Source: Mobula hypostoma (lineage: Eukaryota). From it: a stretch of DNA of 64,000 bases. Positions 36,570-48,639 of the stretch are shown piece after piece. Below the pieces are notes generated by a model, which saw only the letters and a list, made by a program, of their open reading frames with translations, had not been told where the DNA came from and did no database searches. The translations under genes were made by a program, and so were the position numbers. The DNA lies in assembly GCF_963921235.1 (NCBI RefSeq), contig NC_086097.1, positions 12,214,001 to 12,278,000 on the forward strand. The letters are read 5' to 3'. Position 1 is the stretch's first letter; each line of letters begins with the position of its first letter.

Positions 36570-37148
36570 TAGTAGTAGTAGGTAGCCATCGATCCCAGGG
36601 GATCATGGGTTTGCACCTCTGGTGGACTGTGTCCTCTTCAGGGCGCAAGCCTGGGCGGGAAGATTTGAAGAACCGGCTGTTGCCCATGCTGCGGGTTCTC
36701 CCTCACTACGTCACTGATGTAGTCCAGGGGAAGGGCAATCGCTGATACAGCTTAGCACCAGTGTTATCGTAGAGGTCACCAGAGTGAAGTTGTAAACAAC
36801 ATCAAATTGACTTAGGGACCCCGGCTCCAGATTTCTTCCTCGGGGTTTACACCCGAAGCCTTTCCCATGGGTGGGTATGGCCACGAGGCAGTGGAGGTTT
36901 AAAATCAGCGTTTTCCTTCTCCTAGGTGGGCTGCCATCCAAGGTTGATGAGCCCCACCTGCCTGAAGCAACTGGTTTTGAGTCGCCAGTGGTCTGCCTTC
37001 TCTTGTCAGTAGAAACAGTTCCGTTGGGCCTAGTAGCTAAGCCACACGTGAAACCAAAAGTTGGACTTGGCTGTCAGAAGCTGTTAGAGTTGCATGCCAT
37101 TTAATGCACTTTATAGGTAGTGGGAGCTTATCCCCACTACCACCCCTG
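36570..37148 (-). mobile_element. About 580-bp non-coding RTE-like repeat with 5' hairpin and (CTA)n tail (second copy 61698-62262, +)
   Basis: Minus-strand start GGTAGTGGGGATAAGCTCCCACTACC; shared TTCAC..GTGGCTTAGCTACTA...TTTCTACTGACA.GAGAAGG; 3' part is shared with the SINE at 40783. Confidence 0.65.
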
Positions 37149-37574
37149 GATATGACAACCATGTGACATATACACATATATACTATAATATATATGGTCC
37201 TTAATGACGGAAGCCACCATCTTGAGGCATCACCTTTAACAGTAGCTCTCCTTGTTGCACGACTGTGCCTTCCATTGTTCTTGAATCGTTCACTAACTGG
37301 AAAAAAATCTCTTTTTGCACCTTGCTTAAAACAGTCACAGTTTTGCACATCCCAATAAATCTTCCTTAACAAACTTCGTACCAAGGATAAGAACCCCAGG
37401 TTGCCCAGGATAAACTAGTCACAGAATTCCTTCATTCCTTGAGTATTCAAGTAAATGGTTCTAGGAATATGTGATTAAGCTAGAGATGGCGCAGAAAGGG
37501 CTCACAGGAAAGATCTGATGTAGATTGGGGGATTGCCTCGCTGAGCAGCTTTGTTCCATGCAAAAATAGCAGGG

Positions 37575-38175
37575 TTTCCTCTTGGTCGACCTTTTTAACT
37601 CCAATGCATATTGGCCATTTCAAATCCAGTCCTCTTTCCCATTCCAACATGTTGGTCCATGGCCTCCTGTTTTGCCATCATGAGGCCATTCTCAGGTTGG
37701 AGAAACAACATCTCATATTCTGTTTAGGTAGTCTCCAATGTGATAGCACGAACATAAATTTCTCCAACTTCTAGTAAATTTCTTTTCACCTTCCCTGTTC
37801 CCTTTTCTTCATTTCCCCACTCTGGCCTCTTACCCTTTCTCACCTGCGTATCGCCTCCCTCTGGTCCCCCTCCTCCTTCCCTTTCTCCCATGGTCTACTC
37901 TCCTTTCCTATCAGATTCCTTTGTCTCCAGCCCTCTGTCATTTCCTTCTATCACCTCCCAGTTTCTTACTCCAGCCCCGTCTCGCACCCACCTATCTTCA
38001 CCTATCACTTTCTAGCTTGTACTCCTTTCCCTCCTCTCACCTTCTTATTCTGGCATCTTCCCCCTGCCTTTCCAGTCCTGATGAAGGCCTTGTCCTGACA
38101 CGTTGATGGTTTGTTCACTTCCATAGATGTTGCCTGACCTGCTGAGTTCCTCCAGCATTTTGTGTGTGTTGCTCT
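37575..38175 (+). mobile_element. Old PLE 3' fragment (GIY-YIG tail plus pLTR, decayed HHR near 38073-38105)
   Basis: GTCCATGGCCTCC...CTCAGGTTGGAGAAACAACATCTCATATTCTGT...; CT-rich tract; CAGTCCTGATGAAGG. Confidence 0.8.
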
Positions 38176-38372
38176 CCGGATAGCGTAAGAAGAGTTTGGA
38201 CATTTTTTTTTCTTTCCAGAACAGCAAAGGCTGAAAGGACATCTTTATGAACATTGTGTAGGTGGAAGGGATCAGTTTAGTTTGGCACAACGTCATGGGC
38301 CAAAGGGCCTGTTCCTGGTCTGTACTGTTCTATATCCAATGTCCCTGTGGATGAAACTGGCCGACTTTAATC

Positions 38373-38505
38373 TGCAAACACGAGAAAATCTGCAGATGCC
38401 GGAAATCCAAAGCAACACACACCAAGTGCTGGAGGTACCTCAGCAGGCCAGAAAACATCTATGGAAACGTATAAACAGTCAACGTTTTGAGCCGAGACCC
38501 TTCTT
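38373..38505 (-). mobile_element. PLE pLTR end with partial HHR
   Basis: GCAAACACGAGAAAATCTGCAGATGC...CAGTCAACGTTTTGAGCCGAGACCCTTC. Confidence 0.75.
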
Positions 38506-38717
38506 TAAGGCTTTAATCAGTGGCAGGGGCCTCTCATCCCCTGAGTTATGCTTGAAGCCAATCAACATCGTGGTTAATCATCAGCAGATCAGGAGGAATC
38601 GGCTGAGAGAAAAACAGTACTAACATTGACTGAAAATGCCAACCCAGCTTCTTTCCTCACAGCTGCTTAATGTTTCTGAATTTTTTTGCATTTATTTCAG
38701 GTATTAAAGAAGGAAAG

Positions 38718-39215
38718 TTATAAATAAATTGAAAGAGTGCAGAGAAAATTTATAAGGACATTGCTGGGACTAGAGGACCTAAGTTATATGGAAAGATTGT
38801 ATAGGTTAGGACTTTATTCCTTGGAAGGTAGAAAATTGAATGGAGATTTGAAGAAATGTACAAAATTATGAGGGGTATAGATAGGGTAGAAGCAAGCAGG
38901 CTTTTCCCACTGTAATTGGGTGGAACTACAAGTAGAGGTCATGGGTTAAGGGTGAAACGTGAAAAGTTTAAGGGGGTCATGAGGAGAAAGTTCTTTACTC
39001 AGAGGGTTCAGAGAGTGTGGAACAAGCTGTCGGTGTAAGTGGTGCATGCAAGCTCAATTTCAACGTTTAAGAGCGGTTTGGATAGGTACGTGATTGGTGG
39101 GAGTATGGAGGTCCCGGTGCGCAGGTCCATGGGAGTGGACAGCTTAAATAGTTTGGCACGGACTAGATGGGCTGAAAGACCTGCTCCAGCGGTGTACTTT
39201 TTTATGACTCTACGA
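38718..39215 (+). mobile_element. CR1 3' end
   Basis: IERVQRKF..LLGLEDLSY.ERL.RLGLYSLE...RGHGLRV-like sequence; (TGACTCTA) tail. Confidence 0.8.
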
Positions 39216-40382
39216 CTCTATCCAGTATCCACAGTTTTGTTTTTCTTTAATCAGAGCATTGCTGCTTGTGTCTGTTTCTTGCAAAAATCCTCAGAGCAAG
39301 AGGGCAAAATGAGCTGTGAGAGGTAGCAGCACTGCAAACAAGGGGAACAGCTTAATCCTATGTCAGGCTCCCTTGGCCTCCTTTAGGGGGTCTGCTCATG
39401 TTGGTGGTCCTTTATTTTATCGTTTCTTTTTCTCTTTTTTTAGGGATTTTTGAAGAGCACGTCTCGACTTTGCTTTTACAAATTTCTCTCTCAACCCACG
39501 ACACCACCTCCTCCCCACCCACCCCCACCCCCATTCCAATTCCCAAATTAATTCACTGGCTGCAAAAGAGGGTCCAGGCAGCCCTCGGGGTGCTGAGCGT
39601 CGCAGCATAAATACAAGTCTTTCCTTTTGTCTCTGCTGTTCCTGTTCAGCATTTTTAGCACCCGAGTTAAGTCCCACTTTAAGCAGAGTGTCATGTATTA
39701 TGCTGCTGTATAAACAAGGAGGAACGATCTCCTAACTCCCTCTTTAGCTTCAGTCAGATAGAGGGGATAATAGCTGGAGAAAAAAGGCATAAAAAGCCTC
39801 AGAACAGTTGTACAGCTACAAATTGCCCTTGTTTATGCAGTGCTGACTACTACCTTGAATGGGTCTTTCTGCTCATGCTCAGCTCTCAACATTACAACTA
39901 ATTTGTACAAAGAGGATAAAAAAGATTGATTTATTTTACAACATATCAGTAATTGTACACTACAAATAAGTCTCTAATGATAATCAACAACATTTTTTAA
40001 TGTAATTTAATTTCACATTTCCCAAGAGGTAGCTAACACAATAATGTTGCCACTGTGATGGACCCTGGCGCAGTTAATCACTGACTGAATATGCAGACAA
40101 TCCCAATATTGTATTGACACATATTAAATTTCCCATTGGCTCCAGCAATCAGCAGCGGTAAAGTGATTAAAAGTAATAAAGGCAGCAAAGCCTGTCCGCA
40201 GCCAATTAAATTTCTGACCAAAAGCCCATGGCAGATGCCTTTGATTACAGAATTTTTTTTTGCTACTACTGAAGAAGGAGTAATAATATTTTAACCCTTT
40301 GAGTACTGTGGTTATGTGTCCATGATGCACCAATCCCTGTATCGTAGCGTATGCGATCTCCTTGGGAATGTGCCATTATTCC

Positions 40383-41185
40383 AAGGAAAGTGGCATCCAT
40401 CATCAGGGACCCCCACCTGCCAGATCATGCACTCTTTGTGCTGCTGCCATCAGGAGGAAGGTACAGAACCCTCAGGACCCACATCACCGGGTTCCAGAAC
40501 CATCGATCAAGCTCTTGAATCAGAAGAGATAACTTCACCCAACTTCACTTGCCCGTCGCCAAAATGTTCCCACAACCCATGAACTCACTTTCAAGGACTC
40601 TTCATCTCACATTCTCAACATTTATTGCTAATTTATTTATTTATTTATTTATTTGCTTGTTTGTTTGTTTCTTTGTTTATTATTTCTTTCTTTTTCCATT
40701 TGCACTTTGTTGTCTTTTGCATACTGGTCGCACACCCAGTTGGTGCGGTCTTTCATTGATTCTGTTATGGTTATTGGATTTAGGTGGACACGTGGCCAAG
40801 TGGTTAAGGCATTGGACTAGTGACCTGAAGCTCGTGAGTTCGAGCCCCAGCCGAGGCAACGTGTTGTGTCCTTGAGCAAGGCACTTAATCACACATTGCT
40901 CTGCGACGACACTGGTGCCAAGCTGTATGGGTCCTAATGCCCTTCCCTTGGACAACATTGGTGTCATGGAGAAGGGAGACTTGCAGCATGGGCAACTGCT
41001 GGTCTTCCATACAACCTTGCCCAGGCTTGCGCCCTGGAGAGCGAAGACTTTCCAGGCGCAGATCCATGGTCTCGCAGGACTAACGGATGCCTTTAATTAA
41101 TACTTTAAATTGGATTTATTGAGTATGCCTGTAAGAAAATGGTGATATATATGTACTTCGATAATTAATTTACTTTGAATTTTGA
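40383..41185 (+). mobile_element. Rex1-type 3' end hosting a SINE
   Basis: GCATCCATCATCAGGGACCCCCAC...CTGCCATCAGGAGGAAGGTACAG; mirrors the minus copy at 58143-58960; ACTTTGA tail. Confidence 0.7.
40783..41108 (+). mobile_element. Young tRNA-headed SINE with CORE-like middle and RTE-like tail, 10-bp TSD
   Basis: A box TGGCCAAGTGG, B box GTTCGAGCC, GTGTCCTTGAGCAAGGCACTTAA; TSD ATTGGATTTA at 40773-40782 and 41109-41118. Confidence 0.85.
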
Positions 41186-41494
41186 AGATTATTTTAATTC
41201 CAGATTCCTACATAGTACTCATATACAGATATAATTGTGGAATCAAGGAGATCTAAGTTATCAAAGTTAATTTCAGCAATAGATTTAATGTTTCTGCTCG
41301 AAGACCCTTTGCCTGTACTGAATTTCAACTTAATCAATGTCTATATTTTCATATTTGCTAAGTGCTTCCAGTACTTTCTAGTTTTATTTCCGGTTTCCAG
41401 CTTTTGCAGTACTTTTGTGATATTTCAGCGCTAGACTTGTAGTCTCCCCATCGCTATTCTCACTTCTATTATTTTCATATTTGCGAGCTTTTGT

Positions 41495-41940
41495 TGCAGC
41501 AGCTGCAGGTCCCTGTTCAGACAGGACCTAACGCTAGCCATGACCAACCTCTCAAAGCACTTCATTATGGTAGATGTGAGCACGACTGGGCCACAGATGA
41601 TGAGGCAACTCATTCTGCTTTTCTTGGGCACCAGGTATGATTGTCACCTTTTTAAAGCAGGTGGGAATCTTTGACTGGAGCAGTGAAAGGTTGAAGATGT
41701 CCTTGAACTCTCCAGCTAGTTTCTCGGAACGGGTTTTCAGCACCTGGCCGGGTACACAATTGGGGCCTGACGCCTTGTGAGAGTACACCCTCTCAAAGGT
41801 TGTTCTGACATTGTCCTACAAGACAGAGATTTCAGGGCTGCTGGATGCCCTATGGATTCACAAGGTATAGTGTTTTCCTTCCTTCCAAAGTGTGTATAAA
41901 AGGCATTGAGCTCGTCAGGGAGTGAAGCATTACAGCCATT
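41495..41940 (-). mobile_element. Rex1/Babar RT N-terminal fragment
   Basis: KASGPNCVPGQVLKT..EKLAGEFKDIFNLSL..PTCFKKVTIIP; PVVLTSTIMKCFERLV. Confidence 0.85.
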
Positions 41941-42089
41941 TAGGTTTTACCTTATCGGCATGCAAACTCTGCCCGAGTTAAGTCCAATGAAGTCCAATCC
42001 AAAAATGTTGATTTGAAATTCATCATCAGGAACAACATTAAGTGTGCAAAAGCCCGCTCAGTTCTATGACAGGTCACTAGCCTGACAGG

Positions 42090-42465
42090 ATAGTGTGGTG
42101 GAAATACATCTCTACCAAAGGAGGTGTAAGCCTCTCCTTCTCTCTGCCAACCTGTAGTCCTCCCTTGGGCAAGATGAGGCACCTGCTTAGCCCCCTGATC
42201 AGGGTCACATGAAGCCATGAGAGCAGGTGATGGATGGTCGTATGAGCAGCTGGTGTATGTCACAAGTTCTGGTTTATGTGATCACTGATGCCAGGCAGAC
42301 AACCTCCAAGTAATATTGATAATGGCTGGGGTCACCCATCTTGTAAAGACAGTGCCCAGAAGAAGACAATGGAAAAACTACTTCTGTAGAAAAATTTGCT
42401 AAGAACAGTCATGGTCAAGACCATGATCACCCACGTCATGTGACACGGCACATAATAATGATAAT
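42090..42465 (+). mobile_element. About 400-bp RTE-tailed non-autonomous repeat
   Basis: Same family as 18985-19340. Confidence 0.75.
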
Positions 42466-42474
42466 GACTACCCT

Positions 42475-42666
42475 CGAAAAAATCTGCAGATGCCAGACAT
42501 CCAGAGTAACTCACATAAAATTCTGGAAGATCTCAGCAGAAAGCATCTATGGAAAAGAATAAACAGTCAACGTTTTGGCTCGAGATCTTTTCCGAAACAT
42601 CGACTGTTTACTCTTTTCCATAGATGCTGCCTGACCTGCTGAGTTCCTTTAGCATTTTGTGTGTGA
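42475..42666. repeat. Two PLE pLTR ends fused in inverted orientation at their HHR stems
   Basis: GCATCTATGGAAAAGAATAAACAGTCAACGTTT ... GAAACATCGACTGTTTACTCTTTTCCATAGATGC forms an imperfect palindrome. Confidence 0.8.
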
Positions 42667-42804
42667 TACCCTGCCAGGTCTACCATGTTGAGAATGCTTC
42701 CTTCATCCCTTTATTACTGGTTCCGCTTATCACCTTCCCTGCTAATCAAATTCCAACATCTGCATCCTCTTAGGCCTCCACAATCACCTTCCAGCCCCTG
42801 GACG

Positions 42805-44755
42805 CACCTGCCTATCCCACACTCCACTGGCCCTACCTGCCTCTATCCCACACTCCACTGGCCCTACCTGCTTCTATTCCACGCTACACTGGCCCCACCT
42901 GCCTATCCCACACTCCACTGGCCCCACCTGCCTCTATTCCACACTCCACTGGCCCCACCTGCCTCTATCCCACATGCCACTGGCTCCACCTGTCTCTATC
43001 CCACACTCCACTGGCCCTACCTGCCTATCCCACACTCTACTGGCCCTACCTGTCTCTATCCCATACCTCACTGGCCCCATTTGTCTCTATCCCACAGTCT
43101 ACTGGCCACACCTGTCTCTATCCTATACTCCACTGGACCCACCTGCCTCTATCCCACACTCCACTGGCCCCACCTTTTCTATCCCACACTCCACTGGCCA
43201 CACCTGCCTCTATCCCACACTCCACTGGCCCCACCTTTTCTATCCCACACTCCACTGGCCCTATCTGCCTCTACCCCACACTCCACTGGACCCACCTGCC
43301 TCTATCCCACACTCCACTGGCCCCACCTTTTCTATCCCACACTCCACTGGCCCTATCTGCCTCTACCCCACACTCCACTGGACCCACCTGCCTCTAACCC
43401 ACACTCCACTGGCCACATCTGCCTCTATCCCACACTCCACTGGCCCCACCTTTTCTATCCCACACTCCACTGGCCCTATCTGCCTCTACCCCACACTCCA
43501 CTGGCCCTACCTGCCTCTATCCCACACTCCAATGGCCACACCTGTCTTTATTCCACACTCCACTGGCCCTACCTGCCTCTATCCCACACTCCACTGGCCC
43601 TACCTGCCTCTATCCCACATTCCACTGGCCCAACCTGTCTCTATCCCACACTCCACTGGCCCCACCTGCCTCTATTCCACACTCCACTGGCCCTACCTGC
43701 CTCTATCCCACACTCCACTGGCCCTACCTGCCTCTATCCCACACTCCACTGGCCCAACCTGCCTCTATCCCACATTCCACTGGCCCAACCTGTCTCTATC
43801 TCACACTCCACTGGCCACACCTGCCTCTATCCCACACTCCACTGGCCCCACCTGTCTCTATCCCACACTCCACTGGCCCCACCTGTCTCTATCCCACACT
43901 CCACTGGCCCCACCTGTCTCTATCCCACACTCCACTGGCCCCACCTGTCTCTATCCCACACTCTACTGGCCTGACCTGCCTCTATCCCACACTCCACTGG
44001 CCCCACCTGCCTCTATCTCACACTCCACTGGCCACACCTGCCTCTATCCCACACTCCACTGGCCATACCTTCCTCTATCCCACACTCTACTGGCCTCACC
44101 TGCCTATCCCACACTCCACTGGCCACACCTGCCTCTATCCCACACACCACTGGCCACACCTGTCTCTATCCAACACTCCACTGGCCCCCACTTCCCTCTA
44201 TCACACACTCCACTGTCCCCTCCTGACTCAGCCACAGACTCCACTGGCCCTGTCACCCTCTACCCCAAACTCCACTGGCCTCTCCTCCCTCTGACTCAAA
44301 CTCCACTGGCCCCACCTGCTTACCCCACAATCCTGTGGCCCCACCTGCCACTATCACAGACTGTACCGGACCCACCTGCCTCTGCCCACACTCCACTGGG
44401 CCCTCCACCCTCTATCGCACATTCCACACTCCACTGCCCCCTCCTGCCTCAGTCTCACAATCCACTGGCCCCATCTCCCTCTACCCCAAATTCACTGGCC
44501 CTACATTCTTCTATCCCACATTCCACTGGCTCCATTTCCTTCTGACTCAAACTCCAGTGGCTCCTGCTCCCTCTGCCCCAAATTCCACTGGCCCTTCCTG
44601 CCAGTATGCCAATGTCCACTCGTCCCAACTTCCTCTATCCCACACCGCACTGCCCCCACCTCCCTCTGTCCCACACTCCACTGGCCACCCTCCATGTATC
44701 CCACATTCTACTGGCCCCTCTTCCCTCTATCACACATCACACACTCCACTGGCCC
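42805..44755 (+). repeat. Minisatellite, 31-bp consensus CCTGCCTCTATCCCACACTCCACTGGCCCCA, about 60 units
   Basis: Period 31 is visible directly (for example 43820-43960); 30- and 27-bp variants; degenerates after about 44170. Confidence 0.97.
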
Positions 44756-44789
44756 AGTTAAATTAAATAAGCAGGTTAAAAATAGAACA

Positions 44790-45028
44790 ACAAAGTAGTG
44801 ACATAGTATTTGTGGGTCCAACATCCACTCAGAAATCCAATGGCAGAAGGTAAGAAGCTGTTCCTAAAATATTGAGTGTGTGTCTTCCGATTCCTGTGCC
44901 TCATGATTGATAGTAGCAATGAGAAGAGGGCATATCCTGGGTTGTGGGAGTCCTTAATGATCAATGTCACCTTTTGAAGGTGTCCTGGATGCTTTAGAGG
45001 GTACTGCCCATGATGGAATTGATTGAGT
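44790..45028 (-). mobile_element. Rex1-type 3' relic
   Basis: IIKDSHNPGYALFSLL...THTQYFRNSFLPSAIGFL. Confidence 0.7.
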
Positions 45029-45307
45029 TTTGCTTTGCGTCCCAGCAGTTGCTGTCTCTTGTGTATCCAGATGATCCCGGAGTTAGTAGGATGGAGCCTG
45101 ATGCGAACTCTCGTGGAGGTGAAGGATCCGAGAACACTGGGGAATACGGAATGGCAGAAGTGGGAACCAGAAGCAATGAGGAGGGATTTAACGAGGTTTG
45201 GATGTCTCATGAGATTAAGAAGCACTGACGATGCAGTCTAGGTGCGTATGTACCATTAAAATAATCACAGAATGCATATTGGTTTGGGATTGTTTCAACA
45301 TGTAACA

Positions 45308-45752
45308 TTGAACATAGAACAGCACAGCATAGGAACATGCCCGTCAGACCACACTGTTGTGGTGAATCAAATAAATTAGTCATAAAATGATTAACTAAAC
45401 TAATTTCTTATGCATACATAATGTCCATATCCTTCCATTTTCCTCACATTCATGTATCTATCTAAACATCTCTTAAAGTCGCTAATGTATCTGCCTCTGT
45501 GCATTCAAAGGACCTTGCTCCCCACATGTCCTCTGAAATTACCCCTTCTCACATTAAATGCATGCCCTCTGCTATTAGACTTTTCACCCTTGGAGAAAGA
45601 TACTGTCTACTCTATCTATGCGTCTGATAATCTTACAAGCCTCTGTCAGATCTTCTCTCAGCCTCTGCCAACCCAAGTCTGACCAGCCTCTCTAATCCAG
45701 GCAGCATCCTGCTAAACTCTTTCTGCACCCTCTCTAAAGCCTCGACATCCTT
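45308..45752 (-). mobile_element. CR1 3' relic with deletions
   Basis: KDVEALERVQKEFSRMLPGLE; (AACATAG)n tail. Confidence 0.7.
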
Positions 45753-46549
45753 CGAGGTGCTTCTTCCTACTGACCAGCATGGATGTGGGGAACAGAGGGA
45801 TATTGTCATTAGTAGGAGAGGGTGGAGGGGCAAACATTCAGGTGCTCATCCCCCATCCTCCACAAATCTCCAGCCCTCTCCAGAGTCACACACCCATTGT
45901 CAGCCTCTCCCCAGATTTATGCTTTTGTCTGCAGGTGTTTAAGTGTAAATGTTCTGCTTGCTAAAATAGATGGACAGAAAATCATAGCCCGATATGCACT
46001 CTTCCAGTCAGTGCCAGGATCACACTGTTATTGAGATGGCTGATTAGACAGCTAATAATAAATAGAAAATGCAGTATGTTAAAAACTAAAACTGCCTCAA
46101 CAAACAACAAAAGTTTATCATTTATCCTTTTCAAAATGTTAAATACAAACCATTAAATTTAAAAAATGATTCAAGAGGATCTTTAATTGGATACAGATAA
46201 CCAAAAACAATGATTGATTAAAAGCATTCATTCCTTCTAAACTTTCTGTTTTTCTTTTACAACTACCAACAAAGCCAAGCAGTGAACAGCTGTTGTTATT
46301 CGTATTGCTGCCTCTGACATGATAACAGTTATTTGTCTTCAACCATGCTGCTTTTGTTTTTTTTTTCTGTAAGAAGTTCCCAATAGAAAAGCACAAATAC
46401 AATTTATTTATATGAATTCATCACTTGCCAGAAATAATAGCTTTGAGAATGCAGATCTTTCCAAAAGCCTCTTGGATGGTGCAAGATACCTTCCACTCAT
46501 CACAGCACACGAGGTTGTAACCTCAAATCTTCGGGATCTCAGGGAGCAG

Positions 46550-47140
46550 GGCAGAGTGGTCGTGCAGTGGTTAGCACAACACGTTACAGTACCTGGGACT
46601 CAGGTTCATTTCCTGCCACTGCCTGTAAGGAATTTGTCTGTTCTCCCCTTGACTGTGTGGGTTTCCTCTTGGGGCTCCCGGTTCCTCCCACAGTCCAAAG
46701 ACATAACAGTTGGTAGGCTAATCGGTCATTGTAAATTGTCATGTGATTAGGCTAGGGTTAAAACGAGGGTCGCTGGGCGGCACAGCTTGAAGGGCAGAAA
46801 CGGCCTATTCCAATTGTATTTCAATCAATCGATCAAAAAAATAATCAATCAAAAACTTATGGGGTGCACAGTAGCATAGCAGTTAGCACGATGCTATTAT
46901 AGTTCAGGCTGTTGGAGTTCAGAGTTCAATTCTGATGCAGGGCTATAAGGAGTTTGTATATTCTCACCATGACCACGTGAGTTTCCTCTGGGTATCCCAG
47001 TTTTCCTCCACAGTCCAAAGATGTACCAGTTAGTAGGTTATTTGGTCATTGTAATTTGTTCTGTGATTAAGCTAATGTTAAATTGATGGGCTGGTTGGAT
47101 TTAAGGACCAATTCCATACTGTATCTCTGAGTAAATAAAT
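46550..47140 (+). mobile_element. Two tandem V-SINEs (46550-46830, 46860-47140)
   Basis: Two tRNA-like heads and two V-domains CCACAGTCCAAAGA. Confidence 0.8.
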
Positions 47141-48385
47141 AAGTAAAGTGAATAGACAACAGTTTCCTCAGTTCAGTGTTGAACTAGTCCATTTGTATAA
47201 GTGGAAGATTGCTGTCTGATTTCAAATTCTAAGTAACTGAGAAGATTATTATCTTCATTAGTATTCCAATCCAATAAACTATGGTTTCTCTAGAAATGCG
47301 GCTCTGCCCAAATGGAATATCAGATGAATAGTCTCTTATTATCATGTTTGTGAAAGGGTCAAAGTGCAGGTTAGTTTGCATTCATGTAGAACCTTTCACA
47401 TCCCTTTCAGATAGAACAAAAGAAATTGGATTAGCAGCAAGATATTTTGTTGCTCTAGCTAATTCTGATTATCAGTGAGTTCAGGATTGAGATGATCTTT
47501 GGCCTTGACTCCTCCTTCCTGCCTGCTCACACAACCCTCAACTCCCTGTGGCCCAAAAAGTCCGTCTGATTCAGCCTTGAACATTTGTCATAACTCTGCA
47601 TCCACAATTCTCTGAAGGAGAAAGTTCCATTGATTCAAAACCCTCTGAGGGAAGAAATTCTTCCTCAGATATAGGAGGATTGAAATGGGTATCTCTCAAT
47701 CCTCAGTTGTAGTTCTACATCTCCCAGCTCGGCAAATATAAATATCCCCATCACATCCACACTCTCACCTATGAGAAAATTATGGACAAAAATTTAATCT
47801 CCATCGTTTTTATACCATTACAACAGCAATAACAATTTCCCTTATGATGTTTCACAAAGCTCTTAAAAATTATGAAATTATGAAATTCACTATCCCCAGT
47901 TCCAAACATGCAATCTTCCTTCCTAATCCTATTCTAGCTGTGGGCTCAGCTCCACCTACCTGTCTTTTCCTCATTAAGAAAATCTATCCAACTGTATCTT
48001 AAATATATTTAATGAGGTAGTCTCTACAGTTTTCCCTGGGCTGAGAATTCCACAAATTCACTACTCTCTGGGAAAGGCAGTCCCTCCTTTTGTCTGTCCT
48101 AAATCTATTCCCCCAAAACCCTATTCCTTTCATTATGTTGTATATTTTGAGAGGATCCTGCTCTCAATCTTCTGAATCACAGGCAACCCAATCTCTTCTC
48201 ATAGGTTAATCACTTCATCTCTGGTATCAAACAAGTTCCCCATGCTAGGATCATTTCCCCAAAGATCTGACTTGGGAAGTTACACTGCAAGAGATATACC
48301 ACACTTGGCGAGTGTTTCTTCAATTATTGTATGTTTGATATGGAACAGAATGGGTTGAGTTGTTCTCTGATCTTGGCAATCCACT

Positions 48386-48427
48386 TGCAAACGTTTCGTC
48401 ACCATGTGACGAGACATTGTCAGTGCA
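48386..48427 (-). ncRNA. Decayed minimal hammerhead motif from a different PLE family
   Basis: Minus strand TGCA CTGACAA TGTCTC GTCAC-ATG-GTGAC GAAAC GTT TGCA; the core differs from CTGACGA by one CpG-type transition. Confidence 0.55.
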
Positions 48428-48639
48428 CTGTTGATTGTGATGATATGGAGTGAGTGTGTGCTACCATGATAGAAAGGACCACTTTCATTTTGAAAGATTT
48501 CTGGCCACCTGATTTTAAGGGGAAGCCACTGAGGCCTCCAAGTGGATGCAGTGATTGGGATCCCAGTGTGGGCCAGTCTACTTGTGGTTCTCTGGACAGA
48601 GATGAATGAACCACTTTGTGCATGACTTTAGGATAGATG

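Noticed and set aside
40783..40855. tRNA gene
   Set aside because: A and B boxes are present but the sequence runs into a SINE body and tail, flanked by a 10-bp TSD; it is a SINE head.
42685..44545. Long ORFs of 429 and 523 aa (Pro/His/Thr-rich)
   Set aside because: They come from translating a stop-poor 31-bp minisatellite; the unit is not a multiple of 3 and several frames are open.
42805..44755. CRISPR-like array (about 30-bp repeats)
   Set aside because: Units are head-to-tail with no unique spacers, there are no cas genes, and the context is a vertebrate genome.
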